DNA of 64,000 nucleotides from the human T2T-CHM13v2.0 reference genome, Homo sapiens: assembly GCF_009914755.1 (NCBI RefSeq), contig NC_060927.1. One strand, 5' to 3'. A model generated the notes under the pieces. It was not told the DNA's origin. It did not search any database and worked only from the letters and a program-made list of their open reading frames with translations. Shown one piece after another: positions 24,136 through 41,871 of this stretch. Position 1 is the stretch's first letter. The number at the start of each line of letters is the position of its first letter. A program made the translations under genes and the position numbers.

Positions 24136-24642
24136 TTTTTATTTCTTTTTTTTTTGAGACGAAAGGTGAATTGTAGCCAAAGTACTTTTAGGAAATTTTA
24201 AAATTACACATTTTGAAAGCTCTAGGAGGAAGAGAGCATATTCAAGTAAAACCTTTCTTTTATTCAAATAGTAGACTAAAAAATTGACCATAGACTAACT
24301 CAGCAATTGCTGCCATATTTCTTAGTGAGGGATTCCTTATGAGCTCCATTGAATGATAAAAGGATACTCTTCCAAATCAGAGCAACAATCGTTTCTTGTG
24401 ACACTGCATCCTTTTTCCCTTCCTTCACCCTGAATTGCCCCTAGGGTATACCTAGGAGAGGGAGGGCTGGCAACCAGCTGCTGTTGTGAAAGGGATGTCA
24501 TTCATGGCCTGCCCTATTGGGAGGCCAATCAGGCGGAACAGCCCCTCTCCCCTTATGGTCATTTTATCCTGAAGAAAAAGGGTGGCAAAAAGATGGCAAA
24601 AAAGATTGCTGATCACAGATCACTGTTACAAATACAACAATT

Positions 24643-24933
24643 GGCTGGGCATGGTGGCTCACGCCTGTAATCCCAGCACTTCGGGAGGCCGAGGCGAGTG
24701 GATCACGAGGTCAAGAGTTCAAGACCAGCCTGACCAACATGGTGAAAACCCGTCTCTACTAAAAATACAAAAATTAGCCGGGCATAGTGGCGCATGTCTG
24801 TAGTCCCAGCTACTCAGGAGGCTGAGGCAGGAAAGTCACTTGAACCCGGAGGTGGAGGTTGAGTGAACCAAGATTGTGCCACTGCCCTCCAGCCTGGGCG
24901 ACAGAGCAAGATTCCGTCTCCAAAAAAAAAAAA
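24643..24933 (+). mobile_element. Alu (AluS-type)
   Basis: Full consensus plus poly-A. Confidence 0.95.
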
Positions 24934-25459
24934 GGAGGGGGTGGCAATGAGACAGGGAACTGCTCTGGGTCCAACTCCCCTCACATAGCCCCAACCCCCA
25001 TATCCACCCCACAAACCTCCACCTCCCCACTTCCAGCCTCTCCAGTTTCAAAGTGACGCTTACCAACACGCAGGCTCTCCAGGAGCACCTTGAAAGGTAA
25101 CTTCTTACATCTTTCCAAAACACTTATAATCTAATTGTTCTTTCTCCCCTATATTTTGAAGAAATGCATGCTCTCAAAATTGAAAAAAACGCCTAGAGGA
25201 ATTTTGTAAAAAAATTATATTTTTCCAGTTTCTCCAAAGGACATATAAACCCTTTTTAAACTTAGATTTTGAAAAGTCCCAATAGCTGATTTTCAATCGA
25301 TTATTGAAATTGTTTTTTTTTTCTTCCCTAAAGGGGAGATACCAACCTTTGAACAAAATTAAATTAACTTTTCCCCAAAGTTAAATGATTTTACTTTGTG
25401 ATTTTAGGAATGTGTAGAAAGTGATTTCAGTTCCAACTCTTTTAAAGCAAGGGTATCTG

Positions 25460-25813
<354 letters not shown>

Positions 25814-26787
25814 TTATTCACTATTATAATCAATTTTCTTAAAAACAGGAGCTATTAGGCCCAATTCTGAGGAGAGAAAAAAAAGCAGATTTCAAGGGCC
25901 CGTGCCACCTTCTTTGTTTAAAGCATAGAGAATGATAATAAAATGTTAAAGGTTCAGCATTTTCTGGCATTGTAAATTTAATTAATTAATTATGTAAATT
26001 AATTATGGAAATGAGAAATAAAGTGAAAAGGTATGTCAAGTAAGAATCAATAATTATCAAAACGTTCTCTACCAAATGGGATGCAGGGGAGAAGGGTGAG
26101 AAGAAGGGAAGGAAATAAAGGCAAAGGCATTTGCCCACAGCCTCAGTCCAGGGTGTTCTACATGACGCAGCCCCAGAGTAAAAAATACTAGCCACAGGAA
26201 TGAGTGGCTCTGTCTTCCTCTCCAGAACTGACGGGCAAAAGAGGGGGAACCTCACCTTTTTTTTTTTTTTTTTTTTGGAAACTCACTGGGTTTTGATATG
26301 GAGAACAGGAAGAGAATCTACCCTAGCAGCACATTCACAGATGGTTTGTCTGCCCTATTTGCTCCATCTCCCTGGCTCTTCCTAGCACTTCTTTTCCTAC
26401 TTTCCATTTTCATTGGCCGCAAAAGCCACTTAAATATTCCTTTGGAAAACTGGGCAGTCTGTCCCCTTTTTAAAACCACAACTATTTCCAGGAGAGTTAA
26501 AGGGCTTTCGGACTGCCCATCATTCATGCATTGTGGTGAACTAGCTCAGACTGCCTCTACCTTTAGTCCAGATCAGCTGCCTTGGGAGGGCGATTCCTGG
26601 AGGAAAGGATGAGGAGAGGAAGGTTTTAGGACATCGTATGGACTGAAGCCCCGTTGGAGGGGAAGGGCAGGCTTGAGGAACAAGCCTCAGTGTTCCTGAG
26701 GCTTTGTGGAAATGAGAAATGAATAGAGAAAGATAAGAGACTGGATCCTAAATGCAATTTTGCCTATTTCAAAATTTTCACAGGGTC

Positions 26788-26960
26788 TTTTTTTTTTTTT
26801 TTTTTTGAGACAAGGTCTTGCTCTGTCACCCAGGCTGAAGGGCAGTGGTGTGATCATAGCTTCCTGAAGCTTGCAGCCTCGAACTCCTGAGCTCAAGCGA
26901 TCATCCTGCTTCAGCCTCCCAAAGCGCTGGGATTACAGGCATGAGCCACCACCCCCAGCC
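26788..26960 (-). mobile_element. Alu monomer
   Basis: Monomeric Alu; TSD cagggtctttt. Confidence 0.88.
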
Positions 26961-27040
26961 TCAGGGTCTTTTTAATCCCTAAGATCTTAAATTTCCCAGC
27001 TACTATTGTTAGTAATGAGTTCAATTTACTTACTGGTTAA

Positions 27041-27310
<270 letters not shown>

Positions 27311-28421
27311 GTCTGGACTAATACTCTAAACGCTATTGGCAATAGTTTGTTTACAGGAAAAACATCTTCTTATAAAGCTGACTGCAAATGTTTTAATAAA
27401 TTTGCAAATATGTAATTCTGTTTAAAATATCAGGAAGTGAGAAACATGTTATGTGATAACTCTTTCCCATTCCCGAACCAAGAAAATGTAAAGGCAGTAA
27501 GTGTGCCAAGGACACTGAAAGGAAGCTGCCCGTACATCTTTGAATCTTCTCAGGCTGTTTGGTTTCATCTGATTTTAAGCTCCATGGATAAATTTCATTG
27601 TAACAATTTTTATGTCTGTAAATCTTAACCCATAAATAAAATCACAAATCAGAAAAGTACTTTATTAGGCCAGTCTTTGTCCAAGCAAATTTGGTCCCAA
27701 AGCTAGTTTACAAATAATTGCCACACAGCTACAAGGCCAGTGGGTTGACTATCGTAGCATCAATGGTGTGGGCAGGGCTGCAGCCTCTGGGGCAGCATTA
27801 GCCCCAACTGACAGAGGGTATAGGTGCTCTTAACAATCTATGAGACCCCCCACAACCTGGACTCAGCTGTCATAAGCCTTTACTTCTTATGTTCTTCCTA
27901 AGTACTTTATCGGGCCAACAAATTCATCCCATGAGGAATCCAAGATGGAAACGTCAAAACTATCTTTGGTATCATGCTTCCTCCCCCTACCTTCTCTGCC
28001 TTGATCCCCTCCTTCATTCTACACATTTTCTCTGATAGTCGTGTTCTAGCCACTAGGGAGAACGTTTCAGTCAATGGGTATGATTTCTGCTCACCTCTTT
28101 TTGCCATAGCTATTAGTAAGCTCTCACCACTGATGTCTCAGCTGACTGTGACAACTGCCAGCGGCTGGTCAGCCTGCCTGCCTTCATCTAACCTGCTCTT
28201 TACTGTCTACCAGAGTCAGCTTCGTAATACACAGGTGCCCTCCTCCTCCTGTCAACATTCCTCAACCAAAGCCTCAGTAAACTGTCTCTCATCTACCTTC
28301 CCAGCATTCTTGAGCCATTCCCAGGATAGCCTAGGCCCTTTAGACCTCTGAGATGTTATACCCTTCCTCATTCTGGAATGCCCTTCAGTGTCTTACCCAC
28401 CTTTCAGAGTTCTATTTATTC

Positions 28422-28755
<334 letters not shown>

Positions 28756-29303
28756 TGAAAGCCATCCTTGATGTCCTTGTGAGGAATTACTTTCTCTACC
28801 ACATTATATATTCCTTTTACTGTAGAAACGTCATTCTGCTTTATATTATAAATTATTAGAAATATGTTGTTTCCCCCATGAAAGTTTCAAGTTTCCTGAG
28901 TTTAGGCCTGATGATACAATCATTTTCATATGACTCACAGCAATTGCCTTAGTATATATTAAATTGAGCTGAATAAGCCATGTACCCAGTTGAACACACC
29001 AAATATTTTAGTGATGTCATTTCTTTATTGGTGAAAGAGCAAGGCCAACGTTGATCTTAATGTTATTCTCTCTTTTATCTTATTCAGCTCCCTCAACAAA
29101 AATACATTCTCATAGATTAATGTAATCACCACCTCACTCCTCTCAACTTTAGACCCTATACTAGCCTGAGAAATCCAGATCCAACTTAATGAGTTCTCCT
29201 TTATCCCAAGTCCTCATGACCTATAAATGTAACCTCTAGGACAATGTTACAAAGAGTGAGATCTTTATACCACCTGCATTCTTGTCACCAAACGTGTAAG
29301 TTA

Positions 29304-29612
<309 letters not shown>

Positions 29613-32600
29613 TTAGATTCCAGGACCCGACCCTACACCTCCCTAATTAGAATCTCAGAGAGTGGGGCCCTGGGAATCTGCATAATTCATAACCTTCTCA
29701 GAGCTCTGGTACACAAGAAACCATGAGAATCTTTGTTCTGGAAACTTCAGAGAACTTGGCTGAGGGCCACCCCAGGATTTGGTGGCGTCCCTGAATCTCC
29801 CATTAGCTCTGACACTGACTAGACTTCAAATATCACAGAAGGCAAGCATTGAAGTGTGTTTATATTCAAATAGTTTTCTTGTTGAGAATCAGAAATATTA
29901 ATAAAACTTTTGGGAGTCAAAGTAATGAGAAGACAAGGAACTGAACTTGCCCCCTGATCTGTTATCATTTGGCAGTAAGGTACATATTCAACAATAGGAT
30001 AATTCTGTATAAGACCTGAATCTGACCTTCTTTCATCTTTCACACTGACAATTCTGTCTCTAAACACAGGATTAAATGAGGAACTAAAATTCACCAAGAT
30101 CCTGCTAGGTGTCAGGTACAGTGCTAGCTGCTTCCACACATTTCTCATTTAATCAGCCACCTGTGAAATTGCTATGATTTATCACCATTTGGCAGAAAAG
30201 GACATTTAGGGCACAAGAGATTAAATAAGCTGCTGGTTGGGTACATTAAGTATTAATAAATAATCAGATAGATAAGTTAGGTAGTTAAGTAAGCTGCCAG
30301 ATTAGTAAACAGCTAGTTTCAAATCCCAGCTCCAACATTTACTAGTTGTATGACCCTTGGGGAAACTCAACCTCTGAGTCTCATGGCACTGCTGATAAAA
30401 CGGAAAACATCATCCTCACAAGGTTCTGAGGACTAGGGATGGACTCAGGTACACACAGCACCCAGTACAATGTCTGGCCTTCAGCCAGTGATAGCAACCC
30501 TTCACTCACCTCTCCATTCCCTTCCAGCCCCTGCATTCAAAAACTTTTATTTATTTATTTTTTTAATTTAGGAGGCTCTTTGCTCAGAATCCTGAAAAGG
30601 CTTTTGTTACTTTATTTTTTCTTTTTTTTCATCTTCTGGGAGCACAGAATAGGCTTCTGCTCCTTTAAATAACTTTAACAGGCACCAAAGGAACACTGCT
30701 AGCTCTTTCTTAATTCTGTAGGTCCACATTTAGGAAAAAGAAATTGTCAGCCTCTGACTTATTTCCAGCTTACAAAAAGGCTGTGATGTTGGCAGCCCGG
30801 GGAAAGCAGTTCCCGTGAGTCATGCTTTCACCTTTCAGCCAGTGAAGAACAGGAAATAGTCACATCACTATTGCCAACAAGCACAGCGAATCGCTTCCAC
30901 CACCGGGCTTTCCCAGATGACGTCAGTGAGCCAAGTGCAGGGCATCACCCTTGCCAGATGGCCCCGGAAGAGTCTCAGCTGCCCTGTCAAGTTTAGCTTC
31001 TCAAGCTCCCCAGAACCAGCATGGCAAGGATCACCCCTCCAGAAAAGGAAATGATTTCTCTGATCATGATCAAACCATGTCATAATTTTAGCTGTAGGTG
31101 GTGAGTATCAGTGACTGTATTATAGATGGTTTTGGTTCACAGCTATTTTTTTTCTCGGTATATTTACTCTCAAGGGCAAAGGGGTGGCATTTATCACAAT
31201 GCTATGATTCACTCTACTAGACTGGCTGGGTTTCATTTCATCTTTGAGTTCTAGACCTAAGGCCAAAAGGATGTCAGAATCGCCACCCAGAGCTAGATGC
31301 ATGCTCAATGCAACCTGGCCATCTCTCTCGGACAGTGGCCACTAAACACAAGCTGCAATGATTATTGTTGATGTTAGTCAATTGATTTGTCCCCCTTTTA
31401 ATAATCCATGATCCACACAGACATGAATCTAAACCTTTTTTTTGAACCTATCTTTTTCTTACTAGTTTTCTTACATATTTTGGAATAACAATTTCCCTGG
31501 TTATAATACACAATGTGTGAAACACTAATTGCATTTATTGGTCCTAAATTCATTCCCAAGTCTAGGATTTGGGGATTTAGTGCACAAATCCACTTTCTTC
31601 CTGCTCATGTTGTTCATGACTTTATGGATTCTGCTTACATTTCCTCCCAAAGCCTTGGTCTTTCTAAGCAGAAATCTGACCAGCCTCTGTTCCTACTCTG
31701 CTTCCTCCACCACCTTGACTGTTAACATACACTGTTGTGGGAGAAGCTTTTCATTAAATACGCAAACAAATCAACAATAAGGAAGAAAACAACTGAAGCA
31801 CAGAAGGATGATTGTAACATGGACTTGTGCTTGTTTAACAGTACCCATACTGTTTGGTGAGTTGCCTAAATACAGAGGGAGATGGCAACTTAACAGGATG
31901 GGTTTGGAGTCTGAATTAAATAAACAACATGGCAAAAGAAGGAAGAAACCAAAAGTTGGGTGACTAGGGCTTCTTGGATTCTACTCAACACTTTCCACAC
32001 CTACAGGCCTCTGATTCTATCCCCACCGCTGCTCCTACACTGTCTATGTTTCTCTTTTACAACAACAACAAAAAAATAGCACTTGTTTACTGTTCACAAT
32101 TATTGAAATAAATCACTCTAATTTGGATTCCTTTATATGAGAACTTCCATATGCTTAAAACTCCCGTAGCATTTTTATAGTGTACAGGTCATAAACATGT
32201 TGTCTGAAGATGGGCAAAGTAGGTCGTAGAGATAGGAAGTGAGTTCACATCACGGCGTGAGTCAAGGCAGCAGCATATGAGCTCAGGGGCCAAATCTGAG
32301 CTGTGATCATGTGACACAGTCCTCACCTTCAGAGATGACATTCTCCCAGAAGTCCAGGGTGCAGAAATGGATAGGCTGATGTTCACTTTTGAAGAGGACC
32401 ACAATGAAACCCTTTTAATATTACTCAATGATTCCACAGACCTCCTGGGTGTTAAATCAGGTGAATCTATTTTTAAAAATTGCTATTTACTTTTTTAGGT
32501 GGCTGATCAGGACAGTATGAAATTTCATACAGTTTCCTAACTTGAGAAAACATGGTGATGCAATTCCTCCAACCAGGAGGGATTTATGGACAGCGGTGGC

Positions 32601-33375
32601 TACGTCCTAATCTGCCCAGAATACAGGATGACTAAACAAATTGGCAAACGGACGCAGCTTTCTCTCTCTCTAAGAAAAGTCTGCTGAGAACCCTCGTTCC
32701 CACTCTGTTTCTGCCTCCAAGAAGAAAAGCCTAAAACTCACTTTCTTCCGGACTCTTTCAAGGTCAGTGGAGTTCCTCTGGGGTTCATATTCAGATACTT
32801 TGGGGATTGATGATGGATCATAAATGTTGCTGAAGTTCATTTGAGCCCATGGCCTCTGGTTTCAGAACCATTCAGCCAGTCAAATATTTAAATTTTAGTG
32901 AGGCAGGGGAAAGGGAACCCCTTCGGGGGCTGCTATACAGCAACTTATATTCACAATTCACAATTAAATACACTTCAGTTTCTAAATATATGTTACTTTA
33001 AAATTATACAGTGCTTAGCAATTTTCAAATTTTCATTTTGTGCTCAAAATATTTTCAGGAGGTAGCTGTTGTTATACCCATTTGTACAAGCAAGAAACTG
33101 AGGTTTCAAGAGGTTATGTTGCTTAAACCCAGATCTGCCTGATTCCAAACCTTATGCTTTTTTTAAACTTCTATTTTGAAATAATTATATTAAGTCACAT
33201 GAGGTTGCAAAGAAATGGAAAGTCTCATGTCCCCTTTCTCCAAACCTCATCCAATGTTAACATCTAAGAAATTGACACTGGCACAATCCACAGAGCCTAT
33301 TCAGGGTTCACCAGTTATTCACGCACTTGTGTGTGTGCATGTGTGTGTGCAGCTCTGTGCAATTTTGTCATGCTC

Positions 33376-33673
33376 TTTTTTTTTTTTTTTTTTGAGACAT
33401 AGTTTCGCTCTGTTGCCCAGGCTGGAGTACAGTGGCACAGTCTCTGCTCACTGTAACCTCCAACTTCCAGTTTCAAGCAATTTTCCTGCCTCAGCCTCCT
33501 GAGTAGCTGGGATTACAGGCATCTGCCACCACGCCCATCTAATTTTTGTATTTTTAGTAGAGACAAGGTTTCACCATGCTAGCCAGACTGGTCTCAAACT
33601 CCTGACCTCGTGATCTTCCCACCTCGGCCTCCCAAAGTGCTGGGATTACAGGCGTGAACCACCGCGCCCGGCC
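33376..33673 (-). mobile_element. Alu (AluS-type)
   Basis: Full consensus; TSD tgtcatgctcttttt. Confidence 0.95.
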
Positions 33674-34013
33674 TGTCATGCTCTTTTTATACATGAACCA
33701 TACACTGTTCTGCCAATTTTAAATATGAAGGCAGATTACAGAAATAAATAAAATGATTTTTCTTTTACTACAACAGTATCTACCAATAATCACATACATG
33801 ACCAAATAGCTTTCACTTCTAGCTGCCGTTAAGAAGAAAGAAAAGGATGAAAAGAAAAAAAATCCTATAAACCCCAGTTCTTGAAAGCATTAGTCTGTGC
33901 TATGTGCCTTAGGTACAGATTAAGGAAACACAATTTGTTGATTTATTGATAATTGTGACAGCAATCTTCCCTCTTGTCAGGAAGTTCTATAAGTAAAATA
34001 AAGGTAATTTTAC

Positions 34014-34114
34014 CTTGACTTCAAATTTAGTCTCATCATCTTCCTTTCCCCGGGAGTTCAACTCTGTCTCCGTATAAGGTTCCTCAGACGTTCTCAGAGG
34101 ACGAGCTAGAGGGA
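34014..34114 (-). CDS. MCF2L2: MCF2L2 coding exon (101 nt, phase 1-0): (V)PLARPLRTSEEPYTETELNSRGKEDDETKFEVK
   Basis: Acceptor gttctcttAG|TC and donor AAG|GTAAAA. Its phases exactly bridge the flanking exons. Not in the ORF track. Confidence 0.88.
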
Positions 34115-34454
34115 CTAAGAGAACCTGCCATTAGTGTGGTTATTTAACTTATAAACTATAACTCAGTGCACTTTGTCTGATTTGGACAAATAGCTGGACC
34201 ACGTCAATGTGGCTAACTATAAAAGCTCACTTGAGCTGCTGCGTTGATTTCCTAGGGCTGGATGAAATTGGAGGTGAAGGAGAGACACAGAGGAGAAATA
34301 GAATCCTTGACTCCAGGGACTTGACATTTCAGCAGAAGAGAAAAAAGTCACACCCAGCACCATATGAAACATTAAACTACAACAAATCTGTACATATAGC
34401 AATGTGGTAAAGAATAGTAGATTTTCTGTCATTCCCATTTTTAAGGCCCAGCTA

Positions 34455-34895
<441 letters not shown>

Positions 34896-35416
34896 TCAAA
34901 GACTAAATTCTAGGTACTACATTGTATTGAATATATTTTCCATTATAAAGGTAATTAATTTTTGCTTATTACAGAAAATCTGAAAAACACTAAACTCTTA
35001 ACGCTGAAGCACAATCACTTAGTATATTTCCTTACAGTCTTCTTTCAAATGCTCTCCCTCTTTTTACACACATACATGTACACACACAATCATACTATGA
35101 TTGTATTGTAAGAGGATGGCCATGCCTGCTGCTCTTGCTCTTTTCTCTTGGCCACTCTATCTCCCTTCTCCCCACCTGGGAAATATCCTTTCTTCAAGCT
35201 CCATGGCCATTTGGTAGTAAAATTGGGACTTGAGAGGAGAAGGCCTCAAGGCTTCCTAACCCACCTTACCAGCTTTGCCAAGCATTGTGGGTGATGGCCA
35301 CAAGGCTAATAGATAAGAGGTACTTTGAATTCTTATTTGTCACAGTCACCACCCTTGCATATGCTGGTCCCTTGGGAAACTCACAGGAGACATGATTAAT
35401 CCCAGGCAGGATTTGA

Positions 35417-35725
<309 letters not shown>

Positions 35726-37166
35726 AATTTTAGCATTTGTAGGTCCCAAGACCAAAATGCCATTCATTGAATGCCACCAATATATCACCCTGATTCTTAG
35801 CTATGGTAGACTTGATGGAGGTTGACCATCTGATCTCCAGAGGCCCCTTCCAACCCTTCCATTCTGTGAGCCAACTGGAAGCAGCTTGGGCTTTCTATGG
35901 GTTTTTCATAGATGTTATGTTGAAAATCGCAGAAAATTACACTGCTACCCCAGGTTATACATATTACCATTAATGCTGCTTTGTAATAACAGACAATCCT
36001 TTGGGCTCCTCCCTCTCTGTGGGATCTCTATAAAGTGAGTGATTCCAGGCACAATAACTAGATGCTAGAAATGCATGCACTATAATTTGTGACACCATGA
36101 CTGAGAAGCGCCTGTCCTTGACACTGTAAGTAGAGTGAAGCAGTGAAAGGCGGGGCCACAGAAGCCACACTGCCAGTGTTCAAACCTTGCTCTTCCATGC
36201 ACGAGACAAACATGATTACAGTCACCTCTGTACCTTACCTTTTTCATCTGTAAAGTAGGGAAAAATGAGAAATCCTACAGTAAAGGGCTGTGATAAGGCT
36301 TTAATGAGTTCATTTGTGAAGAATGTAGATCATATACAATGCATAACACATTTTAGCTATTATTGCCACATGGCACTAAAAAGTTTTTTCACGTTCCTTA
36401 TGAACTTCAGAGGTGTTAGAAGTTGTAGCCAAGGCATCCAGCTAACAAGAGTCAGAGCTGAAATTCCAGCTCTTAAGCCCCTCCACACATCTTCTTTATA
36501 CTGTGAAATACAATTGCTTATCTTGGCACAGACTCAGTTACTAAGGAATCAGACAAAAATGTTTGAAAATCCTTTTAGTGACTTGCTGGAGTCCACACTC
36601 AGTAGATACTTACCAAAAACAAAAGTGCAGGATTGTTCTGCAAAACGAGCTAGTTGTTTGACTTAGGTCAATGACAACCTGTTCAGACTTGACAAAGACC
36701 TATTTATTCTGGGAAGGAGTGTTATCTATTATGAAATCTTGTATTTGAAAAGCTGAGAAACAACCCTGTAATTCCTGCTTTATTTACTTGAAACAAACAT
36801 ATGTACCTGGAAACAACGAATGAGGCCAAGTCATAGATGTGAACATAGTTTAGCTTGAGGACAGACGAAAGGTCAAGAGAACCAAGTTCTGTTTCCAATC
36901 ATCTAAGAAGGATGTCTCTGTGTATGTTTGGGTATGTCTGTGGTATGTGTGTGCAAGTGTGTGAGAGTGTATGTGTGTGGATGTGTGTGTGTGTGTTTGC
37001 AGATAAAAATTCAGGAAAGAAATACACTAAATGTTATCAAGGCTTACTTCTAAAAAGTAGGATACATGGTGGAAGACAAGGGATCGTAAATTGTACTAAA
37101 TGGAGAATTACCAAAACACCCCACAATTTTCATATAAACAAAAACTGAAAGAATTTATTGCTAACA

Positions 37167-37305
37167 GGCCAGGCATGGTGGCTCACAACTGTAATTCCAG
37201 CTCTTAGGGAGGCAGAGGCAGGAGGATAGCTTGAGCCCAGGAGTTCGAAACCTGCCTGGACAATATAGCAAGACCCCGTTCTCCACAAAAAGGAAAAAAT
37301 AAAGA
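37167..37305 (+). mobile_element. Alu monomer (FLAM-like)
   Basis: Monomer; TSD aaagaattt[a/g]ttgcta. Confidence 0.85.
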
Positions 37306-37319
37306 CAAGAAAAGAATTT

Positions 37320-37448
37320 GTTGCTAGTAGACTCCCCAACAATAAATACTAACAGAAGCTCTTTATTCCGAAGAGAAATGACACAAGATAGTAATTCAAA
37401 TCTATAATAAGGAATGAAGAACCCCAGAAATGGTGAATAAGGGGGTAT

Positions 37449-37487
<39 letters not shown>

Positions 37488-39110
37488 CACACACACACGT
37501 ATGTATTTCTCTTAATTTGATACATGACTATTTAAAGCAAAAATTATAATACCATAGTGGGGGATTAACATATATAGATGTGATATTTATGATAAGAATA
37601 GCACAGAGGATGGATGGGGAGCATATGGAAGTATGACATTGTAGTATGTAGTATGATTTCCTATATTTTGCATAGAATGGTATGAAACTAATTCAATAGA
37701 TCATGACAAGTTAAGGATGCATATGGTAATCCCCAGTCTGGTGAAAAACAGTACAAAGAGATATGATAACAAGCCAATAGAGGAATTAAAACAAAATATT
37801 AAAAAATATTTACTAACCCAAAGGAAGGCAGGAAAGGAGGAAAAGAGGAATAAAAAGCACATGAGACATGTAGGATAACAAAACAGGAACTCTAAATCCA
37901 ACTATATCAATAATGATGATGGATGTAAACATAAAAATCTAATCACTCCAATTACAAGGCAGAGGTCACAGTGTATAAAAAGGCAAGACCCAACTATATG
38001 CTGCCTACAACAAATATACTTTAAATACAAAGACAGAAGAATAGAAAACAAAAAAAATATGTTCTGCAAACACTAAGCATGAGAAAACTGGAATGGCTGT
38101 GACAATATCGCACAAGATAGACTTTAAGAGTATTTCTAGAGGTAAGGAGGGAAGGAGAGACATTTCATAATTATAAAAGAGCTAATATATCTGAAAGACA
38201 TAAAAACCATGAATATGTATGTGCTTAATGACAGAGGTCCACAATACACGACACAAACAAATGACATGTACATCCTGCCCAAGGGCAGTTTATTCCAAGG
38301 ATGTACAGTTGTTTTAACATTTGAAAACAAATCATTGTAATTTACCATATTAACAAATAAAGAAGAAAAACCATATCATTCTCTCAATACATGGACCAAA
38401 TAAGCATTTGAAAACTCAATAATCATTCACGATAAAAACTCTCCTAAAAAATAGAAATAGAAGAGAATTCCCTCAATCTGATAAAAGACATCTGTGGAAA
38501 ACCTATAGCTTACATCATACTTAAAGATGAAACTTGAACTCTTTTCCTAATATTGGGAAAACACACAGATGTCTGCTCTCACCATTTCTATTTGACATTG
38601 TAGTGGAGGTCCCAGTCATTATAATATGACAAGAAAAAAAGTATAAAGATTGAAACAGAAAAAAGTAAAAGCATCCCTATTCACAGATGATAGGATTATA
38701 TTTCTATATAGAAATCTATTCCTATTCTTAATTATATATGGTAAATTCCATTCATTATAGGGTTAAAAAAATGTTAAATGCCTAAGGCCTTTACACTCAA
38801 AACGACTGCATTGTTGAGAGAAATTAAAGATGACCTAAAAAACATAAGTTATAACATATTCAGGAATTGGAAAAGTCAATATTGGTAAGATAATAGTTCT
38901 CTCCAAATTAGCTCATATATCCAGTGTAATCCCTATCATAATCCCAGCAGAAATTGAAAGGTGATTCTAAAATTTATGGAACAATGAAAAGGACCTAAAA
39001 TAGCCAAAACAACCTTGAAAAAGAACAACGTTGGAACATCGCATGACTTGATCTTAAAGGCTGACTAATAAGCTATGGTAATCAGGACCATGTGGGATTG
39101 GCATAAGAAC
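37320..39110 (+). mobile_element. Ancient LINE-1 (L1M) fragments, degenerate ORF2 region
   Basis: A-rich strand with L1 ORF2-like blocks: aagacccaactatatgctgcctacaa, ccctcaatctgataaaagacatct...aaacctatagct, aaaatagccaaaacaaccttgaaaaagaa. No intact ORF. Confidence 0.8.
37450..37497. repeat. (CA)n microsatellite
   Basis: Read directly from the sequence. Confidence 0.95.
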
Positions 39111-39168
39111 TTACCTATTTTTTAAATCTTTGCTCAAAGAACCAATTTTACTACTCCATTGCTAATAA

Positions 39169-39958
<790 letters not shown>

Positions 39959-40195
39959 TTTATGATGCATTTTTATTATTCCTTCAGTAGATTGTGTGTT
40001 TCTCCTTGCATCCAGGCACTTGGTGTTATCTAAGTGTTTATGTCTTCCATGTCTGCACTATGCTATATCTGTAGTTTGTTTTAAATAGTATCTGTTAAAA
40101 CAGCGACCATTATCCATTGTAGACAACCAGTCACAGTCCTCATGGTGCTGATGAAACACAAAAGCCACAAAGCTTCTTTTCCTCAAATAACCTAC

Positions 40196-40373
40196 CCGAG
40201 GTGGAGGGCTGGCTGGTTTTTGATGACACCCATTTTGGTGAAGACTCAGGATGTGGGGCCACAGGTTGCACTGGACGAGTCTGTTTGGCTGCCAGTTTCA
40301 TCAGACTCACTTGCCTCTTGTGAAATATTTCCTGGACATCATCCAGCCTCTGCAAAACTTTCTGGGCTTTGGC
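40196..40373 (-). CDS. MCF2L2: MCF2L2 coding exon (178 nt, phase 0-1): AKAQKVLQRLDDVQEIFHKRQVSLMKLAAKQTRPVQPVAPHPESSPKWVSSKTSQPSTS(V)
   Basis: Acceptor ttttgttactgtAG|GCC and donor CGG|GTAGGT. KQTRPVQPVAP motif of the Dbl/Dbs family. Confidence 0.93.
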
Positions 40374-40642
40374 CTACAGTAACAAAAGCAAATCATGATG
40401 AACAGGTCTCTCTGTATACAGCCTGAGGACACGAAGCATTCCCTTTCTCCCACCTTCCCCTACTCCCCCCATCCCTACCTCCCTCAGGTGACCCCCTCTG
40501 GGCATCACTATGCAAGTCGCTGCAGGTCCTGCCATGCTCCAGAATTGGGTATCTAAGGATTAGCCTCTCCTACTTGAGACCCTTGAGGACAATGACTACA
40601 TCCTTTCACTATGGCGTCTCCAGTGCCTGGAACACCCTGGCA

Positions 40643-41099
<457 letters not shown>

Positions 41100-41149
41100 T
41101 CAGAGGAAGGTGTGCTACCTACAACCCTGCTGGCTTCATGGAAGAATAT

Positions 41150-41670
41150 GCTTCTCAAATGCAAATCCAATCAAGTTATCTCCCTGCTTAAATCCAAACT
41201 CGCTCATGTGGCCCACAAAGCCTACCTTGCCTGCCTCTCTCTAACCTCACCCAAAACACACTTCCATTGCTCTCTAGGTTCCAGCACCCTGACCTTTTGG
41301 TCTGCACTGTGCCAGGCTCCCTCCAGCCCTGAAGCCTTTGCACATGCTGTTCCTCCTGTCTGGAAAGGCTCTCCCATCTTGTCTATTCGTTCTCCAGGCT
41401 CAAGTGACTCTTCCTGAGAGCCTTCTCTGACCCCAGTCCAGGTCAAGTTCCTCTGTCACATGCCTGACCCTGCATCCCTCCTTGACAGCACTTATATCAG
41501 CTTGTAACACATTTTTGTGTGATTATTTTGTTAATGTCAGCCTCTCCCACAAACTGTAAGCTCAGTGAGGGATGGAAGCATGCCTATTTTTAATCATCAT
41601 GGTATCCTCAGCACTCAGCACAGCACATGGTACATCAGGAATGCTCATAAGCATTAATAGAGAAATGACT
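41150..41670 (+). mobile_element. LINE-2 3' fragment
   Basis: L2-like blocks: gcctttgcacatgctgttcc, ctgtaagctc...gaggg, agcacagcacatggtaca. Confidence 0.6.
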
Positions 41671-41871
41671 GATTTGAGTCAGACGAAGACTCAGTATGCC
41701 AGGACGTTCAGGCCGAGAGTCTAAGAGGCCGCCGGAGGGCTTCGGAACCAGTGAGCCCACTCAATTCAGCCTGCTCAGTACCCTGTGTGTACTTTATCAG
41801 GAAGAAGGTACAGTCCCTCCCTCCCCTATCCGTTTCCCAACCACAGGATCAAAATAACCCGGAAGCATTAC

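Noticed and set aside
32515-32530. Perfect 16-bp palindrome gtatgaaatttcatac
   Set aside because: About one palindrome of this length is expected by chance in 64 kb.
37320-39110. LINE-1 as an active element or reverse-transcriptase gene
   Set aside because: Heavily degraded and fragmented, with stops in all frames.
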